Shown: positions 7,705-15,327 of the stretch, in pieces
Layout: the number at the start of each line of letters is the position of its first letter
How positions within the stretch are numbered: the first letter of the stretch is position 1
From: Opitutia bacterium KCR 482
GTDB lineage: Bacteria; Verrucomicrobiota; Verrucomicrobiia; Opitutales; Intestinicryptomonadaceae
Direction: 5' to 3'
NCBI GenBank assembly: GCA_029269845.2
Contig: CP149973.1
Span: forward strand, 2,010,001-2,042,000
Length of the DNA stretch: 32,000 nt
Program-made: the position numbers and the translations under genes
The notes under the pieces: model-generated
Seen by the model: only the letters and a program-made list of their open reading frames with translations
What the model was told of the DNA's origin: nothing
Databases searched by the model: none

Positions 7705-9921
7705 TTAAACGCAAAATCCGATTCTATTGTTGCTATTTGTTGAACGGTCTCTTTTGAATTCGGTCTCGCGCTTTAAAAGTTCAAGAATGTCGCGCTCGTC
7801 GTAGACGGTATCGGCAAACTGAATTTGCTGAAAGACATTTTTGAAATCTCCCGCCGTCAGATTGTTTAGTTTCTCCAATTCGCAAATGGTTTCCTCGGAC
7901 AATCCTTTTATAGTATCAAAAAAATAGCTCTTGAACAGCTTTTCTCTCGCATCTTTACCGAGGTATCCGAATGTTATTTTCTTTTGGAATCTGCGCATTG
8001 CTGCGGTGTCGATGTTCTCCAAAATGTTTGTGGAGCAAATAAAAATGCCTCTGAAATTTTCCATCTGCGCTAGCATTTCGTTTGTTTGCGAAATTTCCCA
8101 ATTTCTGCTTGCGGTCAACCTGTCTATAAAAAGCGAATCAGCTTCGTCGATTACAAGAATTGCCTTCTCCCGTTCCGCTTGGGCAAAGGCTTTGGCTATG
8201 TTTTTTTCAGTCTCGCCGACATACATTGACTGCATGTCAGACATGTTTTTCAGGATTATTTTCTTGCCCAGTTTTTGCGCAATATGTTTAGCCAATTCCG
8301 TCTTGCCGCTTCCGGGGACGCCCGCAAAAATCATGTTAAGCGGACAATTTACCACGCCTTCTTCCTGCTTTTTGCTGTAATTCGACAAAATTTTCATCAA
8401 AGTGTCGTAGGAAGTGTCCATGTTGATTATGTCGGCGTCGAAATGGCAGTCGGGCTTATATCGCGAAAATTTTTTCGGCGACTTCCCGTTTATTAAAACG
8501 CTTTGAGCTTTTGCAAAAGCCTCGGCCGCATCTAAAAACTCTTCGGTCGAAGAATCTTTAACGACGGTATTAGCCGAATTTACAGACAAAGCGATGCCCG
8601 CTGTGGATAATTGATATTTATCAAGGCGGTTGAATAATTCTTCCGCATCGATTTTGTCGGAAAATGTGGTGGCATTCAGAGCGGTTTTAAGCGAATTTAT
8701 TTTTTGGATTTTTGAAAGGCCGTCAAATTCTATGCTGAACGTAAACCTGCGCAGAGTAGACTCTTCTATTGATTCAATGGAATTTGTAATCCAAATGCTT
8801 TTTCCTTTCATCGAGTCGAGTCTTTTGTTGATGTCGCCTTTGTCGGTATTTTTGCGGTGTAAAAATCCGAAGTTCGACGAAATTATATTGTCGCATTCGT
8901 CGATAAGCGCAACTTTTCCAGTTTTGTTTGAAATAAACTCGGCCATCGCGCATTTGTTGAATTTATTTTCGTCCTCGTTGTCTTTATTGAAAATCGGAAC
9001 GGCAATTTCTTTTCCGCAGGCGGTAATAAGTGTTTTTGCAAATTCGGTTTTTCCGCTTCCCGCCTTGCCGTATAATAAAATCTTGCATGGTGCTTCGGAT
9101 TTTAACAATTCCAATATGATTTTCTTGGAGAGCGCCGGAACGTCAAAGCTCGAAATGTCGAACGTGGCGGCGTTTTCTTCCGCAGTTATGACATTGGGGA
9201 TGAATTCTTTTGTAAGTCCTTGTATGTAATCCGAAATATCTTCCGAAACTTTCAGCTTTTGATTTATAATGCCGAATTTTCTCAAAGACGACGACGATGA
9301 AATCAATGTTGTATACTCGCATATTTCAACGTCAAGCAAAGCCGATATGAGATATGCCCTTCCGCGTCCGTCTAACCTGCCCAACATTTCCTCCAACGGT
9401 GTCCATATCGATTTCACCATAAAAAAGACTATGAGTTTTGCCTCCGTCTCGGTTAACTCGAAGAAACTTTTTGTTAGTTGAACTTGCTCCGACATGTAAT
9501 CGAAATTTTCGAGGTCCAAATTTTTGTTTAAATTTTTCAGAACCATCTCTGTAATATTGGGGAGTAGAATCTTGAATAATTCCGAGCTTGATATGCCGAT
9601 TGTATGCGAATGATTCCAACTAAAAATGCGCCAATCATTATAATCGACATCCAATGATTTGACTTTTTCGCTCGAAAAATTACGTTTCTCATATTCAAGT
9701 ATGTATTTATGGCACGACGCCAACAAATCTACTCCGATTTTTTGAAACAAATCAACCAGCATATCCATGTAATTTGATTCACATTGCGGATGCCTATTTA
9801 GGAAATTTGCCTTTATTATTTTGTATGCGTAGAGCGCGCAAATTCTGTCTTCGTCGAATATATGTCCGCAGTTAAGATAACCGTCCGAATCAGATTTCGC
9901 AATAAGAATGTCTGTGCCCAT
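7705..9921 (-). CDS. twin-domain classic-clade AAA+ ATPase with ~270-aa unknown N-terminal domain
   Basis: D1: Walker A LLYGKAGSGKT, Walker B VALIDECD, then SIWITNS...STLRRF. D2: Walker A FAGVPGSGKT, MYVGETEKNI, Walker B ILVIDEADSL, sensor 1/Arg finger IFICSTN...DTAAMRRF. Confidence 0.85.
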   Translation of the reverse strand: MGTDILIAKSDSDGYLNCGHIFDEDRICALYAYKIIKANFLNRHPQCESNYMDMLVDLFQKIGVDLLASCHKYILEYEKRNFSSEKVKSLDVDYNDWRIFSWNHSHTIGISSSELFKILLPNITEMVLKNLNKNLDLENFDYMSEQVQLTKSFFELTETEAKLIVFFMVKSIWTPLEEMLGRLDGRGRAYLISALLDVEICEYTTLISSSSSLRKFGIINQKLKVSEDISDYIQGLTKEFIPNVITAEENAATFDISSFDVPALSKKIILELLKSEAPCKILLYGKAGSGKTEFAKTLITACGKEIAVPIFNKDNEDENKFNKCAMAEFISNKTGKVALIDECDNIISSNFGFLHRKNTDKGDINKRLDSMKGKSIWITNSIESIEESTLRRFTFSIEFDGLSKIQKINSLKTALNATTFSDKIDAEELFNRLDKYQLSTAGIALSVNSANTVVKDSSTEEFLDAAEAFAKAQSVLINGKSPKKFSRYKPDCHFDADIINMDTSYDTLMKILSNYSKKQEEGVVNCPLNMIFAGVPGSGKTELAKHIAQKLGKKIILKNMSDMQSMYVGETEKNIAKAFAQAEREKAILVIDEADSLFIDRLTASRNWEISQTNEMLAQMENFRGIFICSTNILENIDTAAMRRFQKKITFGYLGKDAREKLFKSYFFDTIKGLSEETICELEKLNNLTAGDFKNVFQQIQFADTVYDERDILELLKRETEFKRDRSTNSNNRIGFCV

Positions 9922-9960
9922 AAATTTTTCCTTTCAAGACAAAGACTATAAAAAAATTGC

Positions 9961-9977
9961 ACGACAAAATATGTCGC
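9961..9977 (-). promoter_or_regulatory. GCGAC-N7-GTCGC element upstream of the twin AAA+ gene
   Basis: Minus-strand reading is GCGAC ATATTTT GTCGT. 39 nt lie between the element and the ATG at 9921. Confidence 0.55.
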
Positions 9978-9988
9978 ACAATTTCGGT

Positions 9989-10483
9989 TTATTCGATAAG
10001 TAGTTTTTCCATCTGAAATTCAATGTTCTTTTCTTTTAGCTTTATCATGTCTTGTAATGCAAAGAGTCCGTCGCAAAAGAACCAATGGGTGGCATAGCAG
10101 ATGTGAATACTGTATTTTTTCAACGGCTCGAAGATTTCAATGTCCCAATTTTCGTCTTCCAAAAGGGTTGAAATTCGATCTGTGGGATTTCGGGGATCGG
10201 GATCGACCGAAATCATATACGGAGTTTGATGTTCGGCAACTTCGGGTGGAAAGTTTATTTTAATTGCTCCTTCTAGCGAGTAATTCCCTTCTATTACGCT
10301 TATATTTGTCAAATGATTCAACCAACATTTTCCTTTACACAATCTATCAAAAAGTTCGTGTGATTTTCTAAGCAGAATAGAATTAACCCGCTTTATTTTG
10401 GCTATGTTTTCTTCGGAAAATTCAAACTTTTTATTCAGCCGTATTTTTCTATTATGTAAATTTTCCGTGATTTTATTTTTCAT
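9989..10483 (-). CDS. hypothetical protein (164 aa)
   Basis: Strong SD (AGGAGG) lies 8 nt upstream of ATG 10483 and overlaps the stop of the upstream gene, a 12-nt gap that suggests an operon. No domain recognised. Confidence 0.6.
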   Translation of the reverse strand: MKNKITENLHNRKIRLNKKFEFSEENIAKIKRVNSILLRKSHELFDRLCKGKCWLNHLTNISVIEGNYSLEGAIKINFPPEVAEHQTPYMISVDPDPRNPTDRISTLLEDENWDIEIFEPLKKYSIHICYATHWFFCDGLFALQDMIKLKEKNIEFQMEKLLIE

Positions 10484-10495
10484 GATATTTACCTC

Positions 10496-11227
10496 CTACA
10501 AAATGCGAAATTTCTGTAAATCGTCCTTCGTTTGGAGAATGACATCATCTTTTAGCGGACGAATTTGATCTTTCATATTTTGCAACACACTTTTAGATGC
10601 ATTGTAAATGCGTTGGTAAAATTCAAGACGAGTAGGGAAATATGCGTTCCATCCGTCGCGAATACACGACGGCTCGATGGAATAATTCGACGTTGCAACA
10701 ATCAAAAATACTCCCGTTCCTTTTGAGTATAAAGCCTTGTTTATAAGTTGGTGAAAGAAAAAGTGGTTCCCTTTTCGTCCAAGCAATTTTGAGTAATCGG
10801 AGGTAATGGAAACAATGACGGGTAATTTTCTCTTCGCAATTTTGTTGTATTCAAAAAACGAACCGCCGAAGCTCTCCAAGAGTTTGTATCTTTCGCGGTA
10901 AATTCTGTAAAGAACTTCTGCTACATCGAGAATTTCGGGAGTTCTGGTTTTTACTTTTCCTCCCCAAAAATGGCAATTCCCCTTAAAACGCGAAAAGATT
11001 TTTCTCTCATTTGAATTTAAAATTATCTCCAATTCCTCGTCGGAATAACGCTCCGAAAGCGATGTAATTAGACTTGAAACGTATTTTGTCAAAAAGCGGT
11101 TGTCGCCTCCAATCAGAATATTCCCGAGCGAAAACAAGTCTTTGAAAACGGTTTCGCCCGTGCAGTTTTTGCCAATCGGAATAGTTATAGCTTTTTCAGG
11201 TTCAAAATTTTGATTTTCGTCTTTCAT
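10496..11227 (-). CDS. stand-alone FtsK/SpoIIIE-like motor-domain protein with degenerate Walker A and B motifs (predicted pseudo-ATPase)
   Basis: Collinear with the FtsK alpha/beta core. [34 protein letters not shown] corresponds to [47 protein letters not shown] corresponds to the Walker B segment (P. aeruginosa FtsK LPTIVVVVDEFADMM, sequence recalled from memory). [12 protein letters not shown] corresponds to GIHLILATQRPS. FPTRLEF corresponds to IPTRIAF. Confidence 0.75.
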   Translation of the reverse strand: [243 protein letters not shown]

Positions 11228-11250
11228 GTTAATTTATATACAAAAATTCA

Positions 11251-11267
11251 GCGACAGAATACGTCGC
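11251..11267 (-). promoter_or_regulatory. GCGAC-N7-GTCGC element upstream of the FtsK-like gene
   Basis: Minus-strand reading is GCGAC GTATTCT GTCGC. 23 nt lie before the ATG at 11227. Confidence 0.55.
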
Positions 11268-11283
11268 ATTCGCTTATGTATGA

Positions 11284-11775
11284 TTACAAAAACTCGTCAT
11301 ACAAAACGTTTCGCATTGTTGCGAGTATGTGGGGATTGGGGGTAGGTGGAAGTTCGAAGCCGTGTTTGTCGTTATACTCCCAATCTGTCTCATTTTCGGA
11401 CAGCACTGAATTTATGAAGTCGTTTAAGATGCGGCTTACTGCCGCGCTTCGGCTGATTCCCGCCGAACAATGAACGAGAATGTGTGTGATTTCCGTGTTT
11501 TTTAACGCTTCTTCAATGCTTTCCAAAATAAAGTATGCCATTTTGCGGTCAAAAACTTTTGTGATGCCTTTGAGCCCAATGTCTGCGGGGGTTGCGTCGT
11601 CAAAAAACAAAACAATTCCGTGTTTCGGTGAAATCGGAGGGCAACACAAATTTTTTACCTTACCGTCATCGTTTTTGCAAAAGTCGTTTATGCTTACAAC
11701 AAATAATGAATCGTCGGCTTCAAGCTCGGACTTGTGCGTTTCAACGTATCTTCGGCTACAATTAAATATTTTCAT
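11284..11775 (-). CDS. small cysteine-dependent (HCX5R) protein tyrosine/dual-specificity phosphatase-like protein
   Basis: P-loop signature ILVHCSAGISRSAAV (CX5R-S), with upstream acidic FFDDATP as a candidate general-acid loop. Size and layout resemble the prokaryotic 'predicted protein tyrosine phosphatase' family. It overlaps the upstream gene by 14 nt. Confidence 0.7.
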   Translation of the reverse strand: MKIFNCSRRYVETHKSELEADDSLFVVSINDFCKNDDGKVKNLCCPPISPKHGIVLFFDDATPADIGLKGITKVFDRKMAYFILESIEEALKNTEITHILVHCSAGISRSAAVSRILNDFINSVLSENETDWEYNDKHGFELPPTPNPHILATMRNVLYDEFL

Positions 11776-13000
11776 GGTTTTTAATACTTTCTATAATGTG
11801 GGGATAAACTCTTACAAATCTTTCTTGTAATTCTTGCGGGAGCTTATCCCAGCATTTGTGTTCTATACAATCGTCCAAATAAGCAGGATATTCTGCGCTT
11901 TTTAGCAAAGTAATCCACTGTTCGGGGTCATTTACATCGTCGAACGTATTGGAGGTAAGCCATTCGTCAATCTCAATAAAATCGTATTTTGTGGTGTTGC
12001 AGACTTTGCTTCGACAAGGCGAATCCTGTCCGAATGTTTTGTAATACTTTTCAAAATAAGAATCCGTGCCAAGTAGTCTATTCCAATCGGTTTTGTCTAA
12101 ACTTGTCCAATCGGAATTCGAAAGGAATTGGAGTTCAAAATTTTTGTTGACCAACAACAACTCTACCCATTCGGCAGAAGAAAAGTATTTAAATATTTTG
12201 CGCGAACATGCAGCGGCTCTCACATCATAGCTTTTTGCATATCGAAGAATGTCCTGCCAATTTTGCCGGCTTAGTTTTTTCCAATACGAAAAATCACATG
12301 CTATTTGATGAATTTCCTTTGAATGTTCGATTAACGTATCATCCATTATCCCGTCCAAAACTCTTTGTTTTAATAGAAACGTCCAGTTCTCCCCACTAAG
12401 TTGCGAGAAGTCTATTGATTTTAAATCGGCCATGCCCTTCGAAAAAAGCGCGATTTTCCCATTTGGGAACTTTGATGCTTGCGAAAACTTTTCGTTGCGC
12501 CTTAGCAGAAACCGCCAGTTTTCGATGCTAAGCAATTCGTATTCATTAAAGCATTTTTGCGGAATTATGCCGAGATACAGTAAGGCGATACGTCCCGCAA
12601 AATAATTCTTTGCGATATTTTCGTATTCTTTTGAAAAATCCAAAATCATTAACCACGAGTACGAATCGAGCTTTGAAAAATCCCGTTCGGGAAAGTTTGT
12701 CATCTTGCCTTTTCTTAAAACAAATAACTCGGCAAAATCATACTGTGAAAACTCGTCAATTTTGTTGCACAGGTCGCGCCTATTTGGGAAGCAAGCCAAA
12801 ATTGCAATTTGTCCGCGCAAAAATCGCGCGGCTTTTCTCAAAAACACGGGGTTTGATTTAATAAGGCGAATCCAGTCTTGCGTGCTCAATAAATCCCATG
12901 CATAAAAGTACTGTGTTAGATTTTGATGCTCAATAAGAGCATCGACGCCGTTAAAATCAAAAAGTCTTTCGATTTCTTTTTCGTATTCTTCTGCGGACAT
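11762..13000 (-). CDS. W-x2-(L/I)L repeat protein (degenerate repeats related to the 557-aa repeat protein)
   Basis: Recurrent segments include QDWIRLIKSNPVF, ENWRFLLRRNEKF, ENWTFLLKQ, QNWQDILRYAKSY, AEWVELLLVNKNF, TDWNRLLGTDSYF and EQWITLLKSAEYP. Start moved to ATG 13000 (MSAEEYEKE), 5 nt after AAGGAG, instead of the track start at 13105, which overlaps the regulatory elements. Confidence 0.7.
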   Translation of the reverse strand: MSAEEYEKEIERLFDFNGVDALIEHQNLTQYFYAWDLLSTQDWIRLIKSNPVFLRKAARFLRGQIAILACFPNRRDLCNKIDEFSQYDFAELFVLRKGKMTNFPERDFSKLDSYSWLMILDFSKEYENIAKNYFAGRIALLYLGIIPQKCFNEYELLSIENWRFLLRRNEKFSQASKFPNGKIALFSKGMADLKSIDFSQLSGENWTFLLKQRVLDGIMDDTLIEHSKEIHQIACDFSYWKKLSRQNWQDILRYAKSYDVRAAACSRKIFKYFSSAEWVELLLVNKNFELQFLSNSDWTSLDKTDWNRLLGTDSYFEKYYKTFGQDSPCRSKVCNTTKYDFIEIDEWLTSNTFDDVNDPEQWITLLKSAEYPAYLDDCIEHKCWDKLPQELQERFVRVYPHIIESIKNHENI

Positions 13001-13036
13001 ATATCTCCTTTTTTTGGCTCGATTATACATTTCAGC

Positions 13037-13053
13037 GCGACGAAATATGACGC
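13037..13053 (-). promoter_or_regulatory. GCGAC-N7-GTCGC element (one arm mismatch) upstream of the repeat-protein/phosphatase unit
   Basis: Minus-strand reading is GCGTC ATATTTC GTCGC. 36 nt lie before the ATG at 13000. Confidence 0.45.
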
Positions 13054-13086
13054 AAAGTGGCATTTTCACGATAAATTCAAAATAGT

Positions 13087-13103
13087 GCGACGTATTTTGT
13101 CGC
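13087..13103 (+). promoter_or_regulatory. GCGAC-N7-GTCGC element upstream of the WYL regulator gene
   Basis: GCGAC GTATTTT GTCGC with perfect arms. 45 nt lie before the ATG at 13149. Confidence 0.55.
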
Positions 13104-13148
13104 AATCGCCTGCTAAATTGTTTTCATTAAAAATCGAAAGGAAATGTT

Positions 13149-14147
13149 ATGCCAAAGAGCAACAACAATAACACAATCGCCCGACAGTGGGAAATGCTGA
13201 AAATGATACCCAAAAAAGCTCCAGGAATTACCGCCGCCGAGCTTGTGTCCAAACTTTCCTACGCGGGTATTGACGTCTCAAAGCGGACGGTGGAGCGCGA
13301 CCTGCGCGACCTCTCCCTGATATTCCCCATCGCTGCAACCGATTCCGTTCCTCCGTTCGGCTGGTATTGGATACGCGACATCGGTTGCGAGTTCGGCGGA
13401 GTTGAAGTTTCCGAAGCCGTATCGCTTACGCTTGCCGAAGACATTCTGAAAAGCGTTCTGCCAGTCTCGATGTTAAAAACTCTCGAACCGCGGTTTGAAT
13501 CGGCGCGCAAAAAACTTGCCGCGCTTGATTCTTTACCCATCAGCAAGTGGAGCAGTAAAGTTCGCTATATTCCCGATTCTCTGCCCACAACGCAGCCGTT
13601 CGTGAAAAATTCTATTCTCGAAACTCTGCAAACGGCACTTGTTGGCGGCAGGCAGATAAAAGTCGCCTACGACCCAATGTGGAAGAAGACAAAAACATAT
13701 ACGTTAAACCCTCTTGCAATAGTTCAGCGTGGCGCGCGTGGATATCTGATAGCCGTCATCGACGGCTACGAAAATCCCGTCCAATTTGCGATTCAACGGT
13801 TGCGGTCGGTTGAAATTTTGAAGACTTCCGCCATTCGCCCGAAAGGGTTTTCGCTCGACAAATACATCGAAAGCGGTGTAATGCAGTTCGGACAGGGCGA
13901 AGTTGTAAAGCTTAAAGCAAACGTCTCCGAAACGCTTGCAATGTATCTCGACGAATGCGAGATCGTAAAAGATCAAAAACTGCGCTTTGTGGACGGCAAG
14001 TGGCAGTTGTCGGCTACAATTAAAAATTCGTGGCAGTTGATGTTTTGGATTCGTTCGCAAGGTTCAGACATAACGGTTCTCTCTCCAAAATCCATTCGCG
14101 AAGATTTGTTAAATGACGCAAAAAAAGTTGTGGAAAATTATGGATAA
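13149..14147 (+). CDS. WYL-domain transcriptional regulator (wHTH-WYL-WCX architecture; BrxR/CapW/PafBC-like)
   Basis: N-terminal wHTH ITAAELVSKLSYAGIDVSKRTVERDLRDL. WYL-type core GRQIKVAYDP...YTLNPLAIVQRGARGYLIAV...VQFAIQRLRSVEIL. RBS AAAGGAA precedes the ATG. Confidence 0.85.
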   Translation: MPKSNNNNTIARQWEMLKMIPKKAPGITAAELVSKLSYAGIDVSKRTVERDLRDLSLIFPIAATDSVPPFGWYWIRDIGCEFGGVEVSEAVSLTLAEDILKSVLPVSMLKTLEPRFESARKKLAALDSLPISKWSSKVRYIPDSLPTTQPFVKNSILETLQTALVGGRQIKVAYDPMWKKTKTYTLNPLAIVQRGARGYLIAVIDGYENPVQFAIQRLRSVEILKTSAIRPKGFSLDKYIESGVMQFGQGEVVKLKANVSETLAMYLDECEIVKDQKLRFVDGKWQLSATIKNSWQLMFWIRSQGSDITVLSPKSIREDLLNDAKKVVENYG

Positions 14148-14655
14148 TTTGAATTTTACCGCCATCGATTTTGAAACCGCGAACGGGAATAGGGCGAGCG
14201 TTTGCAGTGTTGGCGCAGTATTTGTGCGGGACGGCGAAGTTGCGGATACTTTTTATAGCCTTATCCGGCCGACGCCGAATTACTACACCCTCACCCGCAT
14301 TCACGGACTTACGCGAAACGATACCGATTCCGCCGCAACTTTCCCCGAAGTGTGGTCTAAAATTTCTGATAGGCTGGGGAATGCGCTGCTTGTAGCGCAT
14401 TTTGCAACTTTCGATGAGTCGTGCTTGCGTCAAGTTTTCGCCGCATACAATATGCCCTACGACAACTATGAATTTCGTTGCACCTGTTGCGGCGCAAAAC
14501 GATATTTTTCGACTTTACCAGCTTCCCTGCGTCCCGAAAGAACAACTCTGGACGTTGTTTGCGACTACTTCAATCTTGAACTTAACCACCATAACGCGCT
14601 TTCCGACGCCGTCGCCTGCGCACAAATAGCAATAAAAATAAAGGACTATCTATGA
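14140..14655 (+). CDS. DEDDh 3'-5' exonuclease (DnaQ/epsilon-like)
   Basis: Exo I FTAIDFETANG, Exo II LVAHFATFDESCL, Exo III HNALSDAVACAQI. ATG 14140 overlaps the WYL stop by 8 nt (ATGGATAA). Confidence 0.85.
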   Translation: MDNLNFTAIDFETANGNRASVCSVGAVFVRDGEVADTFYSLIRPTPNYYTLTRIHGLTRNDTDSAATFPEVWSKISDRLGNALLVAHFATFDESCLRQVFAAYNMPYDNYEFRCTCCGAKRYFSTLPASLRPERTTLDVVCDYFNLELNHHNALSDAVACAQIAIKIKDYL

Positions 14656-15305
14656 AAATTCTGACCTACATAATTTTGGCTCTGACGCTCTGCGCTTGCA
14701 CAAAAAGCAACTGCACAATCACCGATAAAATTTTTGCATTCAAAGAAGATTCTGCGGCACATCAGACAATAAACGAAATGCTGCGCAAGAAGTTCGCCGA
14801 ATTGAAAACGGAAATTGCCGCCGAAGCTGCCGAAGCTAAACGCGACCCCGAAGCCGCACATATTCAATACGAAGTTTCCGCCGAAACAAAAGTTTATGTA
14901 AATACCCCCAAATTCTTTTCCGCAAGAAACGACTATCATACCTATACAGGCGGTGCACACGGCGACTCAATGTCGGAAGGCTTTAATATCGTGTTCAACG
15001 ATGATGGCACAATAACAAGACTCTCGCTCTTCAATGTAATCGACGTAAACAAGACGGACGAATTTGTAAAACTCGTCCTGTCGAAACTGAAACAGAAATA
15101 CGGTAAGATGCTTGCACTCGACGATATCAAAACAAACACCGACCTGCTCAACGCCATAGACGGATTCGTCCTCAGAAAAGACGGTCTGGAAATCTTCTTC
15201 AAAAAATATTCCGTAGCCTGCGGCGCTTGTTCCACCGCCCCGATTCTAGTTGAATATGGTCGTATTAGTGATATCGCCAACACGGTAATTGACATTATAT
15301 TCTAA
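14652..15305 (+). CDS. lipoprotein with DUF3298/DUF4163-like (RsiV/PdaC C-terminal type) domain
   Basis: Signal peptide plus lipobox MKILTYIILALTLCAC. YHTYTGGAHGDSMSEGFNIVF matches the GGAHG core of DUF3298. ATGA overlap with the exonuclease stop. Confidence 0.7.
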   Translation: MKILTYIILALTLCACTKSNCTITDKIFAFKEDSAAHQTINEMLRKKFAELKTEIAAEAAEAKRDPEAAHIQYEVSAETKVYVNTPKFFSARNDYHTYTGGAHGDSMSEGFNIVFNDDGTITRLSLFNVIDVNKTDEFVKLVLSKLKQKYGKMLALDDIKTNTDLLNAIDGFVLRKDGLEIFFKKYSVACGACSTAPILVEYGRISDIANTVIDIIF

Positions 15306-15327
15306 AATGATAACAATCTAAATTATT

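Noticed and set aside
7705-11227. Type VII secretion-like module (EccA-like AAA+ plus EccC/FtsK-like protein)
   Set aside because: There are no membrane components, WXG100-type substrates or mycosin. The FtsK-like protein lacks TM segments and functional Walker motifs. The host appears Gram-negative (PEP-CTERM, autotransporter).
13001-13105. N-terminal extension of the repeat protein (track start 13105); likewise starts 857, 3413, 5098, 14113, 17310 and 29313
   Set aside because: The extensions overlap regulatory palindromes or terminators, or add non-homologous residues ahead of a family-typical N-terminus. Internal ATGs with better RBS or coupling context were preferred. The choice at 3476 remains uncertain.
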